DNA of 45,857 nucleotides from Seison nebaliae (taxonomy: Eukaryota). A model generated the notes under the pieces. It was not told the origin of the DNA and ran no database searches. It saw nothing but the letters and a program-made list of their open reading frames with translations. Below, in pieces: positions 20,437-33,989 of the stretch. The DNA lies in the NCBI GenBank assembly GCA_023231475.1, contig JALJEE010001448.1, forward strand, positions 1 through 45,857, in the 5' to 3' direction. A program made the translations under genes and the position numbers. The stretch's first letter is position 1; the number at the start of each line of letters is the position of its first letter.

Positions 20437-23400
20437 ATATTATTCCCTATCACCACATGTAACAGAAGACACCATTCCTCATCTAAACAATTCCGTCTTT
20501 TCTTTCTCCTTCGATTATTCCTTCTATTATTATCAGCCTTCCCCATAATGATAATATTGATCATTTCCAAAATGATTGTTGCAACAAAAAATAAAATGTT
20601 ATGAAATCATTCATCATTCAATTATTTCATTTCCAAAATCATTTTCTGGAAGAAGAAACTTCCACAATTTTCATCATAACTGTCAAATTCCGATATGACG
20701 ACGATTTATTTCCTTTGAAATTCTCTAATATTCTTGTCATTCTCATTTCAAATTCGATGACGTTCCATTTTCTCCTTCATGTATAATTCTGATGGAGAAT
20801 AATAAGAAATGTGGAATGAAATCATTCTTAGCAGAACATTCATAAATAACTAACACTTCTCCGTCCATTTTATCATATACATTCCTTATTTCTCCTTATT
20901 CCCATGTTTCTATGATATTTATGGACAAGTCATGATAAATGAAGGGAATAATGATAGCATTTCTTCTGCATTTTATTTACTTTCCATTTATCATATTCGA
21001 ATGACCCAAACTAATCAATTAAGTCCGATAAGAGAAGATATCTACCACCATCTGATATGGTTGTGATGATCGACGAGCAGTTGACATAAGAATTTCTATT
21101 TGAACGAACGAAAAGTTCGTAGAAATGTTGATATCGAATTATCTTTGTAGATTTCGCTTTCGACACGTAACATGAGATGTCGTCTTCTTTTTCAATCATT
21201 CATCTCCTCCTTTCTGGCCCTCTTTTCTCACCAAATTGTTTGAGGATTCTTTTATAACGAAATACCTGAAAAGTATAATAATGAATTTCATTCAAATATA
21301 TTCCATTTCAACCGAAGAAAAGTCGCATATCTGATTCTCCGGAGAGATTGCGATGAAATAAACAACTGCAACATTTCCATTGTGAATGTTTAGTAATCAT
21401 GAAAAATGTCGATTAATGTTTGCTTTCCGTTTTTTTTCCGTCATCTACCGCACCTCATATTATCATTTACCATCATTATTCCTGATTTCTTTTTATAACT
21501 CGAGGTATAATAGTTCACTTTGGAAAATGATGATAAGTAAATAAGAATTGATAGTCGACAACATTCTCATCTATCATTTAATAAGAGAAATAACTGTCTA
21601 ATAATTGAGTTATATAACAATATATACCGGAAGTTTTTCAATATCATTATTCATTCTTCCTTCCGTCTCTTCTTCTTCTTCTTCCACTTCCATTATCATT
21701 TCCCAATATTCTCCCATTTGCCAATATTCGATCCGTGATCGATAATAAATGTTGAAGAACATTCAAAAAACATTCACTCAACGAATGGAATTGCATTGAA
21801 CCTCAACCTGATGATGATACCAAATAGTTTTTCTGTCTTATTAAAACAATATTATGTGCACAAAACGGTTTTCTTCCATTTCCTATTTTTCATTTTCCTA
21901 AAGGTAATTCTCAGAAGTTTGTTAGAAATTTTTTTTCTTAATTTTGCAGAAAGTTTTTTTCTTAAAATCCTATGAAAGTTTTCCCAATAGACTGAGAATA
22001 AAAAAATCGATAAATTTGTAACAAAATTAACCTGAAATCATTCATTAAATGGAGAACAAGAATTATGGGAAATTGCATGTTATTATCCTTAAATTTACTA
22101 GGAACTTTAATTATCAGTTTAATGGAACATCATTATCTTAACGGATGGAGTAGGGTGAGTAGACGGAAAATAAATCATTTTAAAAGAATTACATAATAAT
22201 CGCCATTAACAACAACAATACGAAGTGGCACCAGTTAGATGAGTTGTGAGAAAGAAATGATTTTTTAACATGATTTGTTTGCTAATTGAAAAGATATGAA
22301 GGAGTTGAAAGAAATAGAAATTAGTCTAATTAAGAGAATGTACAGTTATAATGATAATAATTGACTTTTAATGAATCGAATAATTAGAAAAGAAATAATG
22401 ATAATTACTTTCGTCAATGGCCAAAAGGATATTTATATATATAAATATATCTCTACATTCTCACTTCAGAAAAATTCATTTCATTTCACACTTTCATTCA
22501 TTTGTTTCCTCTTTCTCTTAATTCAATTGCCATGTTCCCCAATTCGAGTGGAGAACGGGGAACACAACACAAACTCGTCAATAGTTAACCAACGAGAATA
22601 TACAAGGCGAATTCGCATCCATCAATTGTCAATCGATGCTTTGCATGTACCAAAGATTTCATGCGAAATTCTCGCGAAAGAGACAAATAAATTTATGTTA
22701 GAAATAAAATAAGAGAAGAAGGGAAATCTTCGTTAAATTCTTCGTTAATATTTCCTCGTTTCGAGAGGATGAGATTCGCCAACATTCTCTGTTTGCAAAT
22801 AAATAACGATTTTCCTATGGAGATTGTGGATGTCCATCTGTCCGACATTTCTTCCATTTCTTTTCATCATTTCCATGAGTATTGTGATATTTGTTAGGGG
22901 GAATGTTCACACGAAAGAAGGAAACCTCTCCGTTCGTCCATTTGTAGACGATGTTCGGTTCGCAATTCGAATGATAATACTTCTCACTTTCCCCCTTTCA
23001 ACATCATGACCATTCAACTTAATTGCTGAATAATAGTTCTACTCAACCATTTTCTAAAGATCTATCATTACCCAGAGAGAATGATAAGGTCACTAGAAAA
23101 TTTCGGATTTATCATGTTTAACGAATATCATCTCAATGGAAATGGTAGTTAATTATTAGTTTATTGTTTCTCTTAGCATATATTTTCATTAATAATCTAT
23201 TCTCCGTATTCTCATACATTTTCCTCAATTCAAAGGATTCCAACTGAACCGAACCTGCTTAACTGGCTAACTTCTCTTCCATATTTCGCCGAGTGAATCT
23301 TCATTTTTCTAGATAGAGAAATAATTATTATTGTTTGTTGAAAGAATGAAATGCAACTTTCCACATTCTCACCATTTCTATATAGACGAACTATCTCTAG

Positions 23401-26400
23401 AAAGTAAGCCTTTTGAGAAATACGTTCAAAATAGAGATGGAACGAATTTCTCCGACTAGAAACTGTTCCAGAAAAAAGAAGAGTTCCATACGATAATGAT
23501 ACTTTAATGCTTTGTTCAAGTCCTATCTCCCAAATTATTCGGAGTATAAAAAGAATTTTCACTTTATTCATTTTATCTCTATTCACATCCCATTCGTCTT
23601 ACGCTTATCAGACTGGTCAACTCATATAGATTGTGTAATAATGATGGTGGTAGTGGTAGTGGTAATGTTGTTGTTGTTGGAGTAGATGTTGTGAACTGAA
23701 TGAATGACATGTCGAGTCTTATCATCTAGTAAATTAATGAAATAGGGTCAGCTTCCTGTCAAATGAATTGGTTATGGCGATTTAGTAGCAAAAAATGTTT
23801 TTTCTATTGGTAATCTTTTTTCGTGGTTGCCAGTTAGTTAGTGTTGAACTTTTCTATCATTCATTTTCCATAATAACAAACTTTATTATTATTTGTTATG
23901 ATTACATCACATCACATGAACTGATAAATGTTTATAAAACATTTCATTTTTCTTGATGGCAAAGTGATTTATTCAGTTGTGAATATCTGAAAAGTTTATG
24001 TCAGATTTCATTTAAATAAAAAAAAATTATCAAATTTCTTATTCAAAAAAATAAAGAATTTTTCTCTGATTTTCTCCTTCTTAATTTTTTCATTCTATCA
24101 ATTTTTTATTTACTTTAATTCTCTCGATTAATGTTAATGTTGTCTCCATCAACTAATATGTATAATTTTTAACGAGACTTCAACTGTTCGAATGTCCATC
24201 TCATTTTGGTGATGGAGAAACATTTGATAATTGTTGCCTCAGAATAAAGTTTCTCTGTATATTTATTATTAAAATTATATATACTTAATTCCCCAGTTAG
24301 GAACAAAACAGAAAATTTTATTAAGTTGACTGCTTGTTCGTATGGAATTTTGCAGAATTAATTGATATTGATGGAAGTAGGATGTTGTTATGGGAAGCCG
24401 CAAATGATGAGCAAACGTAAAATAAATTTAATTATTTCCTATAACATTACCAACAAAAAAGGATAATTGTTATAGACATGGAAATGATTTAATAATGATG
24501 AATTGATTGTGATTAGATGATGTGCTTAATCTATGACGCTTTTCTATCACTTCTTTTCATCTTGTCACATAACGGATATTATACGAATCGAATTATAATT
24601 TTCTTATTGATTTTCTTCACTTCTTTCATTTGACGGCTCTCTATGAACGAGATGGTATGAATTAATTGATATTTGTTGGTTATCAACTGCTCTGATAATC
24701 TCTAAGGAAACGAGTAGTGACAAAAACGGCGGTTGGAACATGTATATTTGTCTCTTGAATTTTCAGTTGGGGAGAATGCATTCACTTAAATTGACAGTTA
24801 GGCGAGATTATTGTACTCTGAGAATGTGGGTAAGGTAAATAGAATTTCCTTTCAATAATTCAGTGCATTCATTACAGACTGTTAATATCGATTCCACTCA
24901 TATCACTAACAGTTAATTCATGAATTTTTCTTTTGGAACATTTCATGAAATTTATGTTAACTCATCTAACACTTTCCGTTCATATATGTAACATTTAGGC
25001 CCTCGTATTATTTACGATCATAAATTTTCCTTTAACAATCCAACAAACCATCAATATTTTAGCACATTCAAGTGTATAATATTCAGTTGTAGCATATCCA
25101 AATAAATGTTGCCAATCACAGACATTTAACTAAGGAAATGGAACGAAGTCGAATATCCATCTCTGTTATATTATGTTCATAAATTTCATTCAAAACTCAA
25201 ATTCTTTTCTTTTGAAAAAAAGAAAGCTTCAACCCACCACCATTTATGGGACCATTAATTTTATGATTAAGACCGAATTATGTCGGAATAGCATTGGAAG
25301 GAAATAAAAGGAGAAAAAAGATATATTAAAAAAAATTGGAAATGAAAGAAATCTTTCTATTATTCTTTTCCTTTTTCTTCAAATAATCGTTCTTATTTTT
25401 ATTGTTATTGATGTTGTTTTTATTATTAGTTTAGTGGAATTATAGCTATTTGTTCGATGGAACAACTTCATCAGCGATTTTATGACCAACTTCCGCTTTT
25501 CCATTTCTTTTGTCGTCATTTCCTTCCAAACTCTCGTTTCCAGATGACAGGATATACGTATTTATATTTACGTATATTCCGCTACACCGCAACACCAAAA
25601 AGAACAACAACAAATATAACGTCAATAAAAAATCTAGAATTTTTGTTATTTGATATTTTTCTTCAGTTCTCGAAAATGTTTCTTATCATTTCGGCTAACA
25701 CACAAGCCCAACATTGATCGAGTAAACTACCGGAATTAATTATTAGGAAGAACAATAGAACGTAAATGATTGAGACGTGACGAAAACGCACTTACCATAA
25801 TGATAGAGACAGGAAATGTGATGAAGATCTAATTCCTGAAAATGTTCAGATCTCAAATTCTATTATCTTCCTTGAATGAGGACGATAAGCATTGGCTGAA
25901 TGAATAATGATAATAATTATCCATATCGATTAAATTGGCGTTCATTCTTATTTGTTGTTAAACGTGTGATTTAATCACGAATACGTTATCATTCGATTTC
26001 CGTCATCTACTTTTGTAACAATGGATATATTCTAAGAAAATTTTCCTACTTTATGTCACAATTGATTTTTAATGGTTTCCTCTTTATTTCCCTAAAATTC
26101 CTCAAATTATTTCTCGTTTAACTTTTATTGGAGTTTAACAGTTCTCTAATTGTTGACTTTTCATTTGATTTGGTGGATTGGTATCTCAAAACCTAATCCA
26201 AATCTCCTAAGTGTTATTGTATTTAACATTCGAATTCGAAGTGATCCGATAAACATCTTTCGCTTCACTTGCACTCTCTAATCAATCTCATGTTTCGTCC
26301 TCATATTTCCATGTTCATTCAAGTGGTTGAATGATGAGCAATGTATATTTATTCAGATGGAGTTAATGAATCTGATTTTCATATTTGCCTAGAAACAAAA

Positions 26401-26488
26401 AGGAGATTAACCAAATGAATGAATCGCCTAAACGAATTTGAATGGTAAAACGAATTTTTCAGGAATTATTTCGCTATTTTAGATACGT

Positions 26489-26490
<2 letters not shown>

Positions 26491-26530
<40 letters not shown>
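26491..26530. repeat. (GT)n(GA)n microsatellite
   Basis: About 16 GT units followed by a short GA run. Confidence 0.95.
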
Positions 26531-26531
<1 letters not shown>

Positions 26532-28153
26532 TGGTCGAATGTGAATAAGTTTTAGAAATCGTTCTTGTTATTGTTCATTCATATTCGGATGTATTTATGA
26601 ATAATCTTCTTATGAAATCGATCAATTTATCGTTCCAATAAATGGCTATCGTTGTTGTGGCTTTCTTTCATTCGAGTATCCTACACACATACCTCCTTTA
26701 CGTACCGCAATGAATTTCATTCAAAAGTTATTTGTGATATATATAATTTCTACGTATATATCTCCTTCTATTTGAATATTGTTATTAGAAAAATTTGGTT
26801 TATTTCGCTATACCTTTCGAATAAAGTCAAAATAAAAAGAAGGAGGAGGAGGAATAATTTCTAAGAATTCGATGAAACCTTTCTTTTTCTGCTACAAAAC
26901 ATGAGTGATCTGATTCTAATTCTCCACTGATCGATTCTAATCATCCTCTAATCATGGTAATCACTGATAATATTGTTAATTTTCTTTCGGATTTTCTTAC
27001 TAGATGTTTCGGACTCCGAAATTCGGAGTAAACTATATGTGATGGGTAGTCGTCGAAGAATCATTGTCGATGATTAACGATATTGATCAGATTCCATTCA
27101 CATCAACAGTGACTGGTTCTTAAGAGTTTGATGAGAATGATAATTATATGCGGCTAAATGAAGAATGTTCTCAATACATTTCTTCCCCCTACGCCACATT
27201 CAGTTCATGATACTATGTATATGCTAACTATCTTACACGTGAACATACCGTACACATATTGATAAGTTGAGATAAGTAAGAGAATGTACAAGATAAGCAG
27301 ATAGATTGATAGATAGATAGATTCTTTTCCTTTCATTCTTTTTTATTTACATAACATCAGACGAATAAATTGTGTCAAGTCGTTTAATAGATAATGTACT
27401 CGTGAGAAACATATATAGACAATTTCGATAACATTTTTTATTTCTTTACCATATTTATTAATTTTTTAATTATTCTTTTTCTTTCTCAAAAAAAAAAAAC
27501 CAACTGACTCACCCGTAAGAAAGTTCGTCTTAATTATTTTCACTTTATTTCTCCTCCATTGCCACAACCATCAGAACAGGATTATTGTTAGGCGAGAAGA
27601 TATTAAGAAAGAAATTCTTCTTGAAATAAGGAATTACTAACCGATATAATAGATTTTGATAATCTTCTTAAGGTGACATCGTCATCTGTAAATTGACTAG
27701 AACGTATTTCTTTCATGGAAATTCTATTCTATCCAATTATCAACTTATTAAATATGGAAATCTCTCAATTTCTCCTTTCTTCTCATTTGAAATAAACTTT
27801 TTTTTATTGCGATCAAGCTTGAAAGGTCACTGAATGTCAGGAAGGAATTCCTCACTTTTATTGTCGCATTTTGCATGTTACCATATCAACTACCACAACA
27901 ACAAGAGAAAGAAGGAATATCAATAAAAAAAGATTTTATGAAAAAAATTTCTTTTTTTCTATGAGAAAATTATTCTCGAAATCATTTTTATATTTCCATT
28001 TTTAAGGATATCCGTTATTGTCATATACTGATATTTCTATTTATTTTCTTCACTCCAAATGTAGAACTTATAACTAAATCCTCTGACTGATTGTGTAGAA
28101 AAGTCACCAAAAAATTTTATGTCTCCAACTCATTCGACTTGTTCACGACAACG

Positions 28154-31069
28154 ATGAAGATGATAATTAGAATCGTTTTATTAATATTTCACATCAACAA
28201 CTCCTTCACCAGACAATTCAAATCCATCAATTTGGACGATAATTCAATTTACAATTATATTCCTGATTATCAATATTTGCAACCAGAAGAAGATGATCCG
28301 AATACAAATCTTCAACTAGATCGTCAAAATGATGATATGTTACGATTGAATGATAATAAGAATGAGAATTATGAAATGAGAAAATTATCAAGTGACAAAC
28401 AAAGATGTACAGTTGTACAGGCGACAATATTAGATTGTAGCAATCTCCAATTATCGTCGATTCGTATGACGGAATTTAGTACAGATAAGACACAAGTTCT
28501 CCCTCAACAAGTTTATTATAATGGAAATAAATTAAAAGAAGATTTCTTTTTCGGATTGAAAGAATTTGATGTTCGTGGAATCTCAGTATTGTTTGGTCAA
28601 ACGAGTGAATTATATTTGGATTATAATCAGATATCATATCTAAATCGTTCGTTTACGGAAAATGTGGCTTGTGTCCATCTTCATCATTTATCGATGTCGA
28701 ACAATCGTTTGACGAAAATTGATGATGGAACATTTGATCGTTTTAAATCATTATATCATCTAGATCTATCGTCAAATCTTCTCGAAGAATTCCGTGTGAA
28801 TTTACCGAACAATTTGGAATATCTCGATTTGAGTGATAATCGTTTACTGAAATTTCCGATGGTGAAATTACCGAAAACTTTATTTCATTTTAATATCAGT
28901 TCAAATTCTCTCGAACGCTTAGATGAAAATGATTGGAAGAATTTGAATGGAAGTGGATTGATGTCATCAATTTGTCGAAAACCGAAAAAATTAAAGAGAA
29001 ACGAAAAGAAATGTGTTCTAGATTTCAATCGTAATTTATGGAAATGTGATTGTCATGGACGAATTATCGTTTATCTTCTCAAACAATTTCAAGAGATCTC
29101 GTCGATAGTATCGACAGCGATATGTGATTATCCACATCCTCTCAAATATGGCGGTCATACGATGGTGAGTTTAGATCCGATTAAAACATTAACTTGTCCC
29201 ATTCAATTTCAACGACGGAAACATATTCAATTTTCTATTGGTGAGAAGAAATCGTTGTCATTGTCATGCAATGTATATGGTGATCCACCACCAAAAATTA
29301 TCTGGTTACAAAATGGTGAGCCGATTGTGAAAACGTATATGGAGGAAAGAGATGAAATAACTGTTCGTGAAACGTATGTGAATGAACAGAAAACGAATAA
29401 GACGAGTATTCTTCATATCGGTAGAATTCATACGGAATCAGCTGGAAATTATACTTGTATGGCAGGATTCGATTTCGAACAAGAATCGCAATATCAAAAG
29501 ATTTTTTATCTTGTAAATGTTGAATCGACACCATCGACGGTCATTCTGAAACAATTAGCAGCTGCTGGTTTATCGAAGAATGTCATTATTGTGATATCGT
29601 GTATCATTCTCTTATTATTGATCTTTTTGATCATGTTCATTTGTATAAGAAAATTCTTCTCACATTTAACAATTTTCGGATGTTACGCAAAAAAGATGGA
29701 GAAGAAGAAAACGAAGAAATCTAATCGACAATATTCCCAATCGAAACATGATGAGATTGAACATACGAATAAAGGTTTATTGGCAATTGGTGATCCTGAC
29801 AATTTACAATTAATTGGAAATGATTCGAATGGTTTAATGTTTCCACCACCACCACCATCTTCCGATTTGAATGGAGCCGATTCGGGTAATGGAACGGAAT
29901 TTACTACATCTGACGGTTCGGAATCGAATGCAGCAATTCCTGGAAATATTTTGAATAATAATATTATTAATAACGGTTCTGCATATTATGGTGATAATGT
30001 CGATAATGTTATACCGACACAAATTTACATTTCACCAGTACCTTGTTCGTCAACTCCAGAAACATTAATTCCAGTTATATCCAATACTAATCATTCCCAA
30101 TGTCTTCAATATGGTAATGGTCAATGTAATTGTCAAACGATGTTACATCCTCAACATCTTCAACAAGCACAACAACAACAACAACAACAACAACAGTTAT
30201 GTAATGATCAAATGATGATGTTATCACAATCAGGTACATTGAGTCATTCAAGATCATTACAACAAAATCAAATAATCGATCAAGCTGGAATTGCACATCC
30301 AGTTCATCCTACTCAAACTCTCAATCATTCGACGTATCATCTTCCTTCCAATTATTATACGATGCAACAACGTTATCCTAATCAATTCGTTAATTTACAA
30401 CAGAATCCACATTCATTATTAGACGAAGACGTAACGGAAGATGTGACAGCTTATCAAGACATTCGTTATGGAGAGTATAAGAAGAAATCGAATAAAAATG
30501 ATGATAGAGAATCATCAATAAATGATAATAACAATAACATTCATAGTGAATCGTCAACTAATCAAGATTACGAATATCTTCATCAACAACATCAGAAATA
30601 TCCGAAATCGATGCATGTCGATACGGGAAGTAGTAGTTTAGGAGAAGGAAATACATCAACACAAATTTCAAGTTGTACTAAATCATCTCAATTAAATGAT
30701 GAAGGGACATCATCCTCCTCCATCACTACTACCACCAATAACAGTCCACAATACAAAAGTCGTCATATCGACGATGTGGACGATAATGGTGATGTAATGG
30801 AAGATGAAACTACACCAATCACGTCATCAGTGACAGCGTATTCGGAAGAGACTTCATCTGCAACGTCTCCGTCATCATCATTCTCTCCAACTTATAATCA
30901 TCCAATGAGCTACATCTCTAATCAGCCACTACTCTCCGCCAGTTCGACAACCACATCTGCATTGAGTCAACCCTTCATCGACGTTCCACAACGACGATCG
31001 AGACAATCAGCATTATCGAAAAAATTTCAGAAGAAACACGAAAAGAAACCGCAGGAAACTGATATTTAA
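28154..31069 (+). CDS. LRR-Ig single-pass membrane receptor, Kekkon/LIG-like, single exon
   Basis: Likely start ATG at 28154 (MKMIIRIVLLIFH signal). LxLxxNxL repeats, LRRCT (NLWKCDC), Ig-I domain (LSCNVYGDPPPKIIW...GNYTC), TM (VIIVISCIILLLLIFLIMFICI), disordered tail with polyQ, and a C-terminal class I PDZ ligand ETDI. Confidence 0.85.
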   Translation: MKMIIRIVLLIFHINNSFTRQFKSINLDDNSIYNYIPDYQYLQPEEDDPNTNLQLDRQNDDMLRLNDNKNENYEMRKLSSDKQRCTVVQATILDCSNLQLSSIRMTEFSTDKTQVLPQQVYYNGNKLKEDFFFGLKEFDVRGISVLFGQTSELYLDYNQISYLNRSFTENVACVHLHHLSMSNNRLTKIDDGTFDRFKSLYHLDLSSNLLEEFRVNLPNNLEYLDLSDNRLLKFPMVKLPKTLFHFNISSNSLERLDENDWKNLNGSGLMSSICRKPKKLKRNEKKCVLDFNRNLWKCDCHGRIIVYLLKQFQEISSIVSTAICDYPHPLKYGGHTMVSLDPIKTLTCPIQFQRRKHIQFSIGEKKSLSLSCNVYGDPPPKIIWLQNGEPIVKTYMEERDEITVRETYVNEQKTNKTSILHIGRIHTESAGNYTCMAGFDFEQESQYQKIFYLVNVESTPSTVILKQLAAAGLSKNVIIVISCIILLLLIFLIMFICIRKFFSHLTIFGCYAKKMEKKKTKKSNRQYSQSKHDEIEHTNKGLLAIGDPDNLQLIGNDSNGLMFPPPPPSSDLNGADSGNGTEFTTSDGSESNAAIPGNILNNNIINNGSAYYGDNVDNVIPTQIYISPVPCSSTPETLIPVISNTNHSQCLQYGNGQCNCQTMLHPQHLQQAQQQQQQQQQLCNDQMMMLSQSGTLSHSRSLQQNQIIDQAGIAHPVHPTQTLNHSTYHLPSNYYTMQQRYPNQFVNLQQNPHSLLDEDVTEDVTAYQDIRYGEYKKKSNKNDDRESSINDNNNNIHSESSTNQDYEYLHQQHQKYPKSMHVDTGSSSLGEGNTSTQISSCTKSSQLNDEGTSSSSITTTTNNSPQYKSRHIDDVDDNGDVMEDETTPITSSVTAYSEETSSATSPSSSFSPTYNHPMSYISNQPLLSASSTTTSALSQPFIDVPQRRSRQSALSKKFQKKHEKKPQETDI

Positions 31070-31642
31070 TTTCGTTTTAGCTTCTCTCCATCTGATTGAC
31101 ACTCAAGTTTTCTTTATATCAAATTTTCAGTTTTCCTTTTTTTATTCTCTAATTATTCTTCATATCTTCAAATTATTATTATTATTATTTGTATATAAAA
31201 GAAAATGAAAATTGTTTTTTATTCTCAACAACATCTGCTCAATTAGAGGAATCTCCGTAAGAAAAAGCTTAATTAATAATTATTGATTTAATTCAAATAA
31301 TTATCGGAAGTGTTAATAAGTTCGAGTTGACAAAAATCGACATAGAGAAGGAGAGAGAAAGAGATGAAATTCGTAAAGATGAATATAAAGACATCTATAA
31401 TATATACTTTACAATAAAGAATAAACAAGAATGTAAGAGGTAAACATGTACTTTGTACATCAATCATATTAGATGAGATGAGAAATGGATAAGCTACGTG
31501 AAACGATGAGAGATAAGATATAATTCTGTCGAAGAAAGGACATTCGGAAATGAATAATTTTGTTTGTTGAACAAGAAAAAATTTCTCGTACTGAAACATA
31601 TTCGTAAAAAAAATCATTGTACACATTCCACCACAATTCAAA

Positions 31643-33628
31643 ATGACACTTCATGAAATCGGTTGGAATGAGACGTATAAAGACACCATTTCCATCAAAT
31701 TATTCTTCTTTACACTTCTAAGCAGTGTGGGCGCTCTTAATGTGTTTCTGGGACCTTACGCTAAGAATGAAATGAAATTAACTGATTTACAAATCGGTCT
31801 TGTTTTCTTCTATGCAGCATTCATCGGAATTATTGTACGTCCTCTCACTGGAATGTACATGGATCATGCCCATAAATATCGAACGATTTTCTTTATCGCT
31901 AGTGTCATATGTTCGTTTTGTAATGCATTGATTTATTTTATTCCATCATCACTATCACAATTCACTCGATTTCTACTTTTACTATTCGCCAAATTATCAG
32001 CGAATAGTGCAATGACAATGATATTTATTATTAGCGAAACGGTTCTCATTCAGGTGTTGGGAAAGACACGTCTACCTTATATCGGTTGTCAACGTGCTTG
32101 GGGTTCCATCGGAATGGCTATTTCGATGATGATATCTGGACTCATATTAGACAATATCGGAAAAAAAATTAATAGTATCGATATACCTGGTAATGGAACT
32201 GAGATAATGGAAAGATTTGGAATATTCTCTTTAAATAATGAAACGTCCAATATAAATTATTCAATTTCGACACCACTTTCATATTCAACATCTGAATTTC
32301 TTTTTTTCGATGATACGATCAGTACTGAATTATCAACTAATAATATATTAATAAATAATTTAACAAATAATTTGATTACAAATAAATCATTAATTAATTC
32401 AATTTCATTTGATAATTCTTCATCAACTGATTTCTTTTCAACAATAACAACAACAATTAAATCGATGAGTGACATAATTCCGGATAATATAACAGACAAA
32501 ATTTTATCAGAGTCAACAACGATGTCTTCCAATTATTCCTTTGAGTTCTTTGATGATAATATGATAAATGATCGATCTATTAGAGCCGTTACCATGGCAA
32601 CGAATCAAACTCAAGCATTCTCTCCAATATACAAATTCTTCATTAATCCCTGGTTCTTCGTATTCCTCTTTATTACCATAATGTTCATCATCAATTTTGT
32701 CATCGTCCTAATTTATTATCCGTCCGATGCTGAAACATTCCAAAACTCATTCACTCAACGCACATCATTTCGTACGATTCAATGGTTTCCATCTTTTTCG
32801 AAAAAGCAAATCAGCAAAGAGGAAAGTAAAGATCATTTATCTTCAAAAAGTTTTTTGTCATTGAAGGAAATTAATGAATTGGAAGTGACGTCCAAAAAAG
32901 GGTCGTTTTGGGATGGAATGAAAAAATTGATAAAATTGGCAAAATTGAGAAGAAAGATCATCTTAATTATTTGGTTGATGATGTTACATGGAATGGGAAT
33001 TGGAGTCAAAGAGACATTCCTCTTGATACATGTGGAAGAAAGGATTCCGAATGTGAAGAAATTTAATTCATTTTTCATTCAAGTTATCGCTTGCATTTGT
33101 GAAACGACTTATATGGTCTTTCTCTCGCCCATAATCATCAGGAAACTTAGCTGGAATTATATGGTGATCGGAACGTCGTTAGCTCTATGTATCGCCTTGT
33201 TCACTTATTCTCTATTGAAGAATGTTTATCTTTTCTGGTTGTGTGAACCATTGGGTTGTGTATCAATTGCACTCTTTTATTTGAGTGGTACAGCTAGAGC
33301 GGCACGATTGTCAGCTCCTCATAATTTAATATCGACTGTTCAAAGTCTATTGGGAACAGTGATGTTTTGTTTCGGTCGTGGAATGGGCTCCCTTTGTGGT
33401 GGCTACATCAAACAGAAATATAATGGTGTCATCTTATTCCAATGCACATCAGCATTCATATTTATCAATTCTCTTATTGTCATTCTTCTCAATGTAATTT
33501 TTACTCATTTGGAAAAGAAAAACAAATCGGCATCGTCAGTCGACATGACGAAAATAGTGGACGAAGACGACGAAGATACAGTGGAAATGGACCAAATGAT
33601 TTTCAATCGACAATCAATCAAATCATAA
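31643..33628 (+). CDS. MFS transporter, MFSD6-like, with long Ser/Thr/Asn-rich loop (661 aa)
   Basis: About 12 hydrophobic segments. Motifs IKLFFF, PLTGMYMD, IGCQRAWGSIG, TVQSLL...GRGMGSLCGG are typical of the MFSD6 group. Confidence 0.85.
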   Translation: MTLHEIGWNETYKDTISIKLFFFTLLSSVGALNVFLGPYAKNEMKLTDLQIGLVFFYAAFIGIIVRPLTGMYMDHAHKYRTIFFIASVICSFCNALIYFIPSSLSQFTRFLLLLFAKLSANSAMTMIFIISETVLIQVLGKTRLPYIGCQRAWGSIGMAISMMISGLILDNIGKKINSIDIPGNGTEIMERFGIFSLNNETSNINYSISTPLSYSTSEFLFFDDTISTELSTNNILINNLTNNLITNKSLINSISFDNSSSTDFFSTITTTIKSMSDIIPDNITDKILSESTTMSSNYSFEFFDDNMINDRSIRAVTMATNQTQAFSPIYKFFINPWFFVFLFITIMFIINFVIVLIYYPSDAETFQNSFTQRTSFRTIQWFPSFSKKQISKEESKDHLSSKSFLSLKEINELEVTSKKGSFWDGMKKLIKLAKLRRKIILIIWLMMLHGMGIGVKETFLLIHVEERIPNVKKFNSFFIQVIACICETTYMVFLSPIIIRKLSWNYMVIGTSLALCIALFTYSLLKNVYLFWLCEPLGCVSIALFYLSGTARAARLSAPHNLISTVQSLLGTVMFCFGRGMGSLCGGYIKQKYNGVILFQCTSAFIFINSLIVILLNVIFTHLEKKNKSASSVDMTKIVDEDDEDTVEMDQMIFNRQSIKS

Positions 33629-33989
33629 ATTTATATATTTTCCATGTCTTGGATTTATTTTCCATCTTTTTTCCAACCCAATTTTCATCGTTAAACAATA
33701 ATATATCTTTCTACTATTAAATGAATTCTTATTCATTCTTATTTTTTCTATTTATGAATTCTTTCTTAACTTATTCGATTGTTCAACTCTTAAATTTGAT
33801 AACTGGACTTGAATTGAATTAGAAGGAATTTTCCATTTCAAAACTATAGAAATATTTTCATCAAATTATATTTTTTATAGTCAGAATGAAATTTTAAATT
33901 CTTCTCATTTAAAATTCTGATATTAAATTAACGATTTTGATATGATATGTTATTGATGGATAGAAAAGAAAGAAAAATGGAAATTTTAT

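Noticed and set aside
21011..23586. Short ORFs of 60-118 aa in the long intergenic region
   Set aside because: Composition mirrors AT-rich background (F/I/K/N-rich), with no motifs and no consistent splice chain.
28091..28153. ORF-track start of the LRR-Ig gene at 28091
   Set aside because: It is a TTG start. The ATG at 28154 directly precedes the signal-like peptide.
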